64,000 nucleotides of DNA. It comes from Spirochaetales bacterium (GTDB taxonomy: Bacteria; Spirochaetota; Spirochaetia; JABEVK01). Shown one piece after another: positions 57,373-64,000 of this stretch. Positions within the stretch are counted from its first letter, which is position 1. Every line of letters starts with the position of its first letter. Under the pieces are notes generated by a model. The model ran no database searches. It saw only the letters and a program-made list of their open reading frames with translations, and was not told the DNA's origin. The translations under genes and the position numbers were made by a program. The stretch covers positions 1 to 64,000 of the forward strand of contig JBAXAI010000007.1 in the NCBI GenBank assembly GCA_037142615.1. The letters are read 5' to 3'.

Positions 57373-57603
57373 TCATAGAATGCAGGTTGTGCAGCTTGTC
57401 GGCCGCGAAAGCAGCCGAGCCTCAGTACTGTTGCACCGCAGGCTGTCGATGTACAGGGTCTTGCGCTGCCGCCAGTCGCGGATGCTCTTGTCTTCCGATA
57501 CGGCGAGTGGATAGGCGATGTAGGGAGTGTGGTCGACTTTGCGGGTTTGGTGTTTGTGGGCCTCGGTCGCCACCTGGATGGCCTCGAAATAGTCCTTCAT
57601 CAT
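57373..57603 (-). pseudogene. HD-domain (Mesh1/RelA-SpoT hydrolase-like) gene remnant
   Basis: AI..A..AH..Q.RK....PYI..P..V is joined directly to SEDK...W..RK; the HD-bearing helix is missing. Confidence 0.7.
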
Positions 57604-57945
57604 CGGCGTTCCTCCACGATTCTCTCGGTCGGAACCCGCCCGTCGAAGGCCTTGTGCACTTGCGCGGCCGTGAGTTCCGACCCGGTATGCACCACGCCCT
57701 CTCAGGCCAACCAGAGGTGTAGGCCAGTTGGTTGGTCTCTCAGGCCGTCATGTACGGCTGGCGCAGGCTTCTCAGGTCTGTCTTGGCGCTTCCCGCGCGC
57801 AACGCCGTGCGCAGATCCTTAAGTGCGTTCCCCGCAGGTTCACGTCGAAGCGAGTAGCTTTCTCCAGTTACCAGCGCAGGTGGGCGTACCTGTCCTCGGT
57901 ATAGACACGGATCGTGTCGTTTATCCAGAAGGATTCGGTTCCGTT

Positions 57946-58053
57946 GGCCAACGACGTGTTGCGGAGTGAACGCTTGTTGGCGATGAAGCGGGAGATCCTG
58001 GCGTCACTGCGAAAGAGTGGGGTTGAGGTGCCCGAGGACTTGGAAGAACTGGA
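57946..58053 (+). repeat. 108-bp direct repeat, copy 2
   Basis: Near-identical to 51293-51400; continues in frame ...EELDS* with TAG (58058-60) overlapping the nrtR stop. Confidence 0.95.
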
Positions 58054-58056
58054 CTC

Positions 58057-58743
58057 CTAGAGCTCGAACCCGTAGCCTTGGGCCTGCAACTTCCGGTAGG
58101 CCTCGGCGTCGAACCGGAACAGCTGGGCAGCCCGGTGGGGCACGCCCTCCTCCACCTTGTCGAGGGGAATCAGCAAGTTGGTCGACAGCAGTTTCTTGCG
58201 GAAGTTCCGTTTGTCCAGCTCCTCGCGAAGAATCGTTTCGTAGAGGCGCTGCAGCTGGGTCAGGGTGAACTCCTGGGGCAGGAACTCGAAACCCAGCGGT
58301 TGGGTGCGCAGCTTGTGCTGCAACTGCCGCAGCGCGTCGGCCAGAATGGTCGCGTGGTCAAAAGCCAGGCTGGGCAAGTCGTCAACGGCAAACCACAAGG
58401 CGTCCGCGGCGTCGGTGGCAGGGCGGACCTTGTGCTCAAACAAATTGACGATGGCGAACCACGCCACGGTGATCACGCGCTCGCGGGGGTCGCGGCCCGG
58501 GGTCCCATAGGCTGCCAACTGCTCCAGGTAGAGTTGAGTGACCCCAGTCTCCTCCTCGAGCTCGCGGCGAGCGGCCGCCTCCAGGTCCTCGTCCATCTTG
58601 ATGAACCCGCCGGGCAGAGCCCACGCCCCCTGAAACGGCTCGAGCGCCCGCTGGATGAGCAGGACCTTGAGAGCCCCATCATCGAGGCCGAACACCACGC
58701 AGTCGACGGTGACTGCCGGATGCGGATACTGATACGTGTACAT
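58057..58743 (-). CDS. nrtR: NrtR-family regulator (Nudix + winged-helix DNA-binding domain)
   Basis: [15 protein letters not shown], Nudix box, [31 protein letters not shown]. Confidence 0.93.
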   Translation of the reverse strand: MYTYQYPHPAVTVDCVVFGLDDGALKVLLIQRALEPFQGAWALPGGFIKMDEDLEAAARRELEEETGVTQLYLEQLAAYGTPGRDPRERVITVAWFAIVNLFEHKVRPATDAADALWFAVDDLPSLAFDHATILADALRQLQHKLRTQPLGFEFLPQEFTLTQLQRLYETILREELDKRNFRKKLLSTNLLIPLDKVEEGVPHRAAQLFRFDAEAYRKLQAQGYGFEL

Positions 58744-58762
58744 GGTGTTAGAATAACACTTT
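58742..58762. promoter_or_regulatory. NrtR-type operator 4 (autoregulatory)
   Basis: ATGGTGT-TAGAATA-ACACTTT overlapping the nrtR ATG and minus-strand TTGACA(58772-77)-N16-TATTCT. Confidence 0.85.
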
Positions 58763-58832
58763 CCTGTCAGTTGTCAAGAAGGCACCCCCAGTAGGCCAGC
58801 TGCTGGGCAGTTCATCGCCAACGACGAGCAAG

Positions 58833-60632
58833 CTAGACCCCGACATACCCGAAACTCAACATCGACTCGAGGGCCGCCACAGCCTTCGGGTCCTGGCAGA
58901 TAAAGCTCACTTTGGGCTTCAGCCCTTCCTGGAAGAGGTAGGTCGCCGCACAGACCACGGCCACCTGGGCAGCGACCTCCAGCGGATAGCCTCGGCCACC
59001 GGCACCCAACAGAGGAACGGCCAGATGCAGGAGTCCACGGTCTTTGGCCAGACGGAAGCAGTTCCGGTACACGGCCGCGAGTTGATCCCCGTCGTTCTTC
59101 CGGTTTCCCGTGCCATTGGGAACATTGGCGTGCAGCACCGCCGCCGCCGCCAGCGCGCCGCCCCCCGTCGCCGACACCTGGCCGGGAGTCAAAGATCCCA
59201 GAGCCTCACATTCCGCGCGGTAGGCGACGCCTCCCTCGGCGCGCAGGTGCCCGTCCAAGCCGGTTCCCGCCGACCAAGAACTGACGATCGCATCGGCGGA
59301 AATCCGGGCCAAATCGCCGGTGGTCACGACCATCGACCGCGCCGCGATCATGATGACCTTGCGGTTGATGTGCCCATCAAACCGACCCTCGTCCATCGCT
59401 TGGCTGCGCGAGTAGGCCTCAAAATGCGCGTTCTTGCGCAAGCGGGCGAGGCGGCCCTCCACGAGGTCCTTTTCCAGCGAGTCGAGGGAGGCGTTTTCCT
59501 TTTCCAAGGCAGGCGAGTCGGCGAGCCCCCCGAGGAAACCGCGGGCCCGTGCGAGAGCGGCCCTTATGGCTGCCTCGTCCTGAGCGTCCACGCTCGTCAT
59601 GGCCTCGCGCTTGGCCCGTGCGGACCGGAGCAAGGCAAGGGCCTCGGCGGCAACCGGATCCGCTGGCAGTGCGTCGAACGACGCCACGCTGACGACCGGC
59701 AGCCGGACCGACAGCCTGGCCTCGCGGCGCTCGCCGGATTCCGGATCGCTCCACGCCAGTTGAAACACACAGGCTTCCAGGTCATCGCCCGGTTTTCCCG
59801 CGAACGACGACAAGGCCCGCAGCGAGAAGCCGATCGTCTGGCGTGCCCCGGCCACCAGATTGGGAAGGACAGGTGTGCCCGCCTGGGAAACAGGAAAGTC
59901 GTTCAGGATGCCAACCAACTCGATCCCAGGACTCGGGAAGATCGACAGCGTGACCTGCCTGCCGACGACGGCCTTGAAACCCCGAAGCTCGGCCTCGAAC
60001 AGCCCGGGAAGCTGGTCGGCCTCTTCCACGTAATAGTAGGAACCGTCGCCCGCTCGCGAGATGGTCTCGAGCAGGTCCTCGTTGTAGTCCTCGCCGATGC
60101 CCATGGCGCTGGTCGCAACCCCCCTGTGCGCCGCCTCGGCGACCGCCGCCGCGATGGCGCCGGAGTCTGTGACACCTTCGTTGGCCAGCCCGTCGGTCAG
60201 CAGGACGACCCGGCGGGGACGATTGGCTTCGCTCGATCCCGCAAGGGTTGCGGCACCCGCGGCCCAGCCTCCCTGCAGGTCGGTATTGGCGCGGGCCTCG
60301 ATCAAGGCGATCTTCGCGTGAAGAGCAGAGGCGTCCTTGGCGGCGATGAGATCCTGAAGAACTTCCACCTGGTTGTCGAAGATGGTGAGGCTCACCCGGT
60401 CGTCTTTGCCGAGTTGCCCGATAGCCGCGCTGGCCCCCGCCCTGGCGAAGGCGATCTTGTTGCCTTGCATCGACCCCGACCGGTCGAGAACGAGAGCCAG
60501 GCTGACCGGAGACCTCTCCTCGGGGTGGTCGGGCTTGGCAACCTGGACGGTTGCCAGCAGGTCGAGGGTCCGAACGCCCTCCAGGGCGAACCCCTGCCTG
60601 ATCGGTCGGATGGACAGTTCCGGTGTAGTCAT
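58833..60632 (-). CDS. VWA domain protein fused to a C-terminal Macro domain
   Basis: MIDAS DRSGS, T, LTDG..N.G; C-terminal GDL....DAIV...LHA..P...Y.NC...A.P.LGAG..GYP. Confidence 0.9.
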   Translation of the reverse strand: MTTPELSIRPIRQGFALEGVRTLDLLATVQVAKPDHPEERSPVSLALVLDRSGSMQGNKIAFARAGASAAIGQLGKDDRVSLTIFDNQVEVLQDLIAAKDASALHAKIALIEARANTDLQGGWAAGAATLAGSSEANRPRRVVLLTDGLANEGVTDSGAIAAAVAEAAHRGVATSAMGIGEDYNEDLLETISRAGDGSYYYVEEADQLPGLFEAELRGFKAVVGRQVTLSIFPSPGIELVGILNDFPVSQAGTPVLPNLVAGARQTIGFSLRALSSFAGKPGDDLEACVFQLAWSDPESGERREARLSVRLPVVSVASFDALPADPVAAEALALLRSARAKREAMTSVDAQDEAAIRAALARARGFLGGLADSPALEKENASLDSLEKDLVEGRLARLRKNAHFEAYSRSQAMDEGRFDGHINRKVIMIAARSMVVTTGDLARISADAIVSSWSAGTGLDGHLRAEGGVAYRAECEALGSLTPGQVSATGGGALAAAAVLHANVPNGTGNRKNDGDQLAAVYRNCFRLAKDRGLLHLAVPLLGAGGRGYPLEVAAQVAVVCAATYLFQEGLKPKVSFICQDPKAVAALESMLSFGYVGV

Positions 60633-60651
60633 TTGGGTCTCCTTGTTCTTC

Positions 60652-60672
60652 TTGGTGTATACACTACACTAT
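60652..60672. promoter_or_regulatory. NrtR-type operator 5
   Basis: TTGGTGT-ATACACT-ACACTAT upstream of VWA-Macro; minus-strand TTGACA about 60684-89. Confidence 0.85.
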
Positions 60673-60796
60673 TAAAGGAGATGTGTCAACAGGCCCCTGG
60701 TTTCTAGACCGGCCATCGTCCCGGCGCCGCTAAACACGGTATGGCCGAAAGGCTAGTCCACTTCGGAAGGGACAACAACCTTGACAGCACAAGAAT

Positions 60797-60817
60797 ATGG
60801 TGTATATTCAACACTAT
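60797..60817. promoter_or_regulatory. NrtR-type operator 6
   Basis: ATGGTGT-ATATTCA-ACACTAT overlapping TTGACA(60781-86)-N16-TATATT and the ATG at 60816. Confidence 0.85.
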
Positions 60818-61754
60818 GAAGTCAATCCCTCCTCGCCTTGCCGATGTCATGCTGGGCCTTGCCACCGGCGATGCGCTCGGCGTGCCCTTTGAGTTCCGAT
60901 CCCGAGCCCTGCTTGACCGCGCTCCCTGCACCGGCATGGTCGGGTTTGGCTCGCATAACCAGCCCCCGGGCACGTGGTCCGATGACACCTCGATGGCGCT
61001 CATCCTGCTCGAGACTCTGCAAACAGGCGGGAGCTTGGACGACGAACTCGCGGGTTATCGCCGCTGGTGGCGCGAGGGGTACCGAACCCCACACGGGGTC
61101 TGCTTCGACGTCGGTGGGACAACGGCGCAGGCCTTGGGAAGCGGCAAAGGTCAAACCGGTGAGTCCTCGAACGGCAACGGAAGCCTGATGCGGATCGCTC
61201 CGCTGGCGTTCTTTGTTTCGCACTTGCCTGCTGAGGTGCGTCGGGTACGCTGCTTCGCCGAGTCGGCGGTGACGCACGCGCATCTGCGGTCGCAACTGGG
61301 GTGCTGGCTGTTTGTCGAGGTGCTCCTCGAAGTTCTGGGGGGGCTGCCGGTTTCCGAGGCGCTGGAGGAGGCTTGGGCACGGGTAGACAGCTGGGCCACC
61401 CGCGGCGGCGCAGCCAAGGAGTGGACCCACTACACCCGCTGTCGTTCCCCGATCGCGCTGGCCCCACGCGCCGAGATCTCCTCCAGCGGCTATGTGGTGC
61501 ACACGCTCGAGGCGGCCTTGTGGTGCGTCTTGACGACGAGCGACTATCGCGACGCCACGCTGGCCGCCGTCAATCTGGGCAGCGACACCGACACCACCGG
61601 CGCTGTCACGGGGGCGCTGGCTGGTTTGATGTACGGGCGCGAGGCGATTCCAATTGACTGGTTGGAGAAGTTGAAGGGCCAGGAACAACTTGACGAGGTT
61701 CTGTGCGCCGAAGACGGGGGCCTTCTCGTTTGGAGTTTGGCTGCCAAGGGGTAG
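60816..61754 (+). CDS. ADP-ribosylglycohydrolase (DraG/ARH family)
   Basis: GDALGVPFEF, GTWSDDTS, GNGSLMR, TH, SSGYV..TLEAA, VNLGSDTDT. Confidence 0.94.
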   Translation: MKSIPPRLADVMLGLATGDALGVPFEFRSRALLDRAPCTGMVGFGSHNQPPGTWSDDTSMALILLETLQTGGSLDDELAGYRRWWREGYRTPHGVCFDVGGTTAQALGSGKGQTGESSNGNGSLMRIAPLAFFVSHLPAEVRRVRCFAESAVTHAHLRSQLGCWLFVEVLLEVLGGLPVSEALEEAWARVDSWATRGGAAKEWTHYTRCRSPIALAPRAEISSSGYVVHTLEAALWCVLTTSDYRDATLAAVNLGSDTDTTGAVTGALAGLMYGREAIPIDWLEKLKGQEQLDEVLCAEDGGLLVWSLAAKG

Positions 61755-61932
61755 CAGGGAATGCTGGCCCATCCAAGCGCAGTTGCAAAGGCTGAAGCAG
61801 CAAATCAGTCGCCTTGCTCAGCAGCTTGAAGCGGCTCGCCGGGAATCCGAGTACCCGCACGGCGGCAACCTCGGTACTGACGGGAGCACCTCTGCCAATG
61901 GCTTCTGTCACCATCCACCCCAAAATGTCACC

Positions 61933-62040
61933 ATGAGAACTCGACTAACGATCGACCTGGATCCGGCACAAAAGCAACGCCTGCTGCAACTGGCTCGACG
62001 ACCACCCGGAACTCTCGGAGCGCGCTCGAGGGGTGATTGA
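61933..62040 (+). pseudogene. Possible ribbon-helix-helix antitoxin fragment
   Basis: MRTRLTIDLDPAQKQRLLQLARR resembles an RHH N-terminus, then degenerates. Confidence 0.3.
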
Positions 62041-62160
62041 CTCCGGCAAAAAACTATTCCTTAGGAACGAAATCCTGTGCGAGGTGGTCACGTTGGACGA
62101 GACACTTGGCAAGTTGATTGCGGGCTGAGTGCGAAGGACTTTTCACAGCCTCAGCCTTCT

Positions 62161-62307
62161 GGGGAGCGCGATTGGGTCGATGCTCCCGCCGTTGGTGGTG
62201 AACTGGAACGTGGCAGTCGACCGGTGTTGGTGGTGTCACCTGCTGAGTTTAACGCAGCAACCAAGCTGCCAGTGATCTGTCCCATCGCGAGGGGTGGAGA
62301 TTATGCC
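62161..62307 (+). pseudogene. PemK/MazF (ChpB-like) toxin remnant
   Basis: G...WVD.P..G.E..G.RPVLVVSP..FN......VICPI..GG; no proper start or C-terminus. Confidence 0.7.
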
Positions 62308-62495
62308 GACGGCCATTTTGGAAGAGGTCCTGGCAAGACTCGCACCCATCTTCGAGGGAACGAACAATCCCTTGGACTCAGACCATCACCTAAGTTTGAC
62401 ACCTTCTGCCAAGTTGATCACGCGCTGAAACGGACCAGCACGTAAGTCCAGACATAAGCAAAAGACCCTACCGAGACGGGGACGCCAAAACGTCT

Positions 62496-62521
62496 TGAGT
62501 TCTGCCTGCCGGCAGAACTCA
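62496..62521. terminator. Perfect 11-bp hairpin
   Basis: TGAGTTCTGCC-TGCC-GGCAGAACTCA; no U-tract, so function uncertain. Confidence 0.45.
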
Positions 62522-62523
62522 CA

Positions 62524-62572
62524 GATTCAAACGAAAAACCCCAGCGTCAAGCTGGGGTTTTTCGTTTGAATC
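62524..62572. terminator. Bidirectional intrinsic terminator (22-bp perfect inverted repeat)
   Basis: GATTCAAACGAAAAACCCCAGC-GTCAA-GCTGGGGTTTTTCGTTTGAATC; GC stem with A5/T5 tracts. Confidence 0.88.
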
Positions 62573-62594
62573 AGGCACCGAGCGGATTCGAACC
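62573..62594 (-). mobile_element. tRNA 3'-end fragment (tRNA-Cys-like), probable att site
   Basis: Minus strand GGTTCGAATCCGCTCGGTGCCT = T-loop, T-stem 3' side, acceptor 3' strand and U discriminator. The 5' part is replaced by AT-rich DNA. Confidence 0.75.
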
Positions 62595-62774
62595 TATAAA
62601 TAATAAAATATCGTATTTATCACACTTTGTTGTCATTTGCATTGACTTCTCTCAGTTTGTCTATCTCTATACATTCCAACAGTTTATCTTTGTTTATCAT
62701 CAAGCAATTCCTTTTCTGGTAGAAAGTTGCCTTGCGAAAATAGATGTCACAGTAAAAGTCACAGTGCCCAAACG

Positions 62775-63065
62775 TTACCTGCGCTGGTGGGCGGACTTGT
62801 AAGCACGCAGTACAGCGTTGATCTTGGTTTGGTAGCCCTTGCCCATGGACTTGAACCACTCCAGGACATCGGCATCCATGCGAATGGTCGTTGACTGCTT
62901 GGCAACCTTGAACACCAATTCATCGGGCGCGGGCAGGAAGTCCGCGGGCATAGGAGTTCCATTCTTCATGGACTCGATCAGTTCGGCAGGAGCATCCTCC
63001 CACTCGTTGCCATCTGGCGCAAACAGATCGGGACGTTCCTGGTGGCGTTGTTCAGCGGTTCTCAT
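62775..63065 (-). CDS. brnA: BrnA-family antitoxin
   Basis: TTIRMDADVLEWFKSMGKGYQTKINAVLR. Confidence 0.9.
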   Translation of the reverse strand: MRTAEQRHQERPDLFAPDGNEWEDAPAELIESMKNGTPMPADFLPAPDELVFKVAKQSTTIRMDADVLEWFKSMGKGYQTKINAVLRAYKSAHQRR

Positions 63066-63321
63066 AACGTTTCACTCCTTGTCGCCAGTGGGCGGCACCA
63101 AAGATTCGGATGGCATTCTCTCGTATGGTGAATCTGACCGTAAGGATAGATCCTTCAACCTTCCCGTAGCAGAAGTAGCGAACCTCAGAAGGCGTCGAGT
63201 GGTCGTCATCACGGACAATCAGTCGGTTGGTATCGGCAAAGGCTCGCTGCGCGGTCTCGAAGGTGACACCGTGCTTCTCCAGGTTGGATTGATTCTTTGA
63301 ATCGTCCCACTCAAAGTTCAT
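63052..63321 (-). CDS. brnT: BrnT-family toxin
   Basis: FEWDDSKNQSNLEKHGVTF, DDDHS..E.R, IRIFGA; overlaps brnA. Confidence 0.92.
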   Translation of the reverse strand: MNFEWDDSKNQSNLEKHGVTFETAQRAFADTNRLIVRDDDHSTPSEVRYFCYGKVEGSILTVRFTIRENAIRIFGAAHWRQGVKRYENR

Positions 63322-63481
63322 ACGGAAAAGTAGCCTTTGTTACTACAACTGTCAATACAAATGGTTTCGTGGTGTTCTGGCATGGTTTACTCCGACGTTT
63401 TCTCCGACAGTCGCGTAGGTACGATTCATGGTAGTCCCCCACCGGTGCACGAAAAGTGCAGAAGTGGGGGACCGGGGACTT

Positions 63482-63982
63482 TCACTCGGTCTTTGGCGGG
63501 TTCAGCAAAGTGTAGGCAATCAATCCGGCCGAGGGGAGATCGGGGTCAGCGAATCCATTGAACTGAATGTTGTGAAGACCCACCATGGTGTTGAGGTGCC
63601 CCTCCACCGCCTTGACGGCGTCGAGATCGGTCTTCATGCCATCGAGCTTGTCGATCAGTTCGTCCATGGGGCCGAAAATTGATTCTAGCCTGGGATCGTC
63701 CAGGTACATGACAACCATTTCCTTCAAGACAAACGTTGTCCAACGATAGCCCTTGTTGCTTCGGTCCAGCTCGTTGGCTTCGCCCATGATGCGGTCGACT
63801 AAGGTTTTGAACTCGCGATGGTCTTCGACGGGCAATTCCATCGTGATCTGGTGAAAGTCCATCGGCTCAGCATTCTCATCGAGATTGAACCCAACTCGTT
63901 CCAAGAGGGCACGGTAGAGGCGTTTGGAAAAACGAACGAAGTACTTGTGGATTTCCAACGTGTTGTAGTTCTGGGCGCCCAT
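63482..63982 (-). CDS. Hypothetical protein (frame open to the right edge, so the start may lie outside the window)
   Basis: At least 166 aa with protein-like composition; no motif recognised. Confidence 0.65.
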   Translation of the reverse strand: MGAQNYNTLEIHKYFVRFSKRLYRALLERVGFNLDENAEPMDFHQITMELPVEDHREFKTLVDRIMGEANELDRSNKGYRWTTFVLKEMVVMYLDDPRLESIFGPMDELIDKLDGMKTDLDAVKAVEGHLNTMVGLHNIQFNGFADPDLPSAGLIAYTLLNPPKTE

Positions 63983-64000
63983 GGTGGCGTTCGACTCGGT

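Noticed and set aside
55971-61754. ARH genes as nitrogenase-regulating draG
   Set aside because: No draT or nif genes in the window; the NrtR/Macro context points elsewhere.
62573-62650. Intact tRNA gene
   Set aside because: Only the 3' 22 nt are present; no anticodon arm, D arm or 5' acceptor strand.
62566-62859. Short ORFs 62566..62802 (+) and 62620..62859 (-)
   Set aside because: They overlap the att fragment or brnA and lack RBS and motifs; at most a degraded gene fragment.

Overview
High-GC bacterial chromosomal DNA; the lipoprotein, PEGA-like and MFS-HEAT architectures suggest a spirochaete (inference only). Three parts. (1) About 1-45.5 kb is a large glycoside/amino-sugar utilisation island: GH3, GH4, a GH20-like enzyme, 2x GH38, 2x GH63-like, a SASA esterase, an ABC importer with two binding proteins, 3 Gfo/Idh/MocA oxidoreductases, a class III aminotransferase, 2 ROK, 2 SIS, NagA/NagB-like, and RpiR and AraC regulators. 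It also carries two MocD-like di-iron enzymes with a MocE-like Rieske ferredoxin, and an MttB-family plus UroD/MtaA-family pair. Four of its promoters share a paired GGAT-N5-ATCC palindrome. (2) About 49.9-61.8 kb is an ADP-ribose-centred locus with six NrtR-type GTGT-N7-ACAC boxes. They precede nrtR, two ADP-ribosylglycohydrolases, a VWA-Macro fusion, a CX5R phosphatase and a DUF1152-like gene. A ~6.5-kb block between 108-bp direct repeats interrupts it, and several of its genes are internally deleted. (3) From about 62.5 kb, a tRNA(Cys)-like 3' fragment with its terminator (probable att site) is followed by AT-richer DNA with a BrnT/BrnA toxin-antitoxin pair. No rRNA, intact tRNA, CRISPR array, integrase or transposase was seen. 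Family calls come from motif recognition by eye, not database searches.
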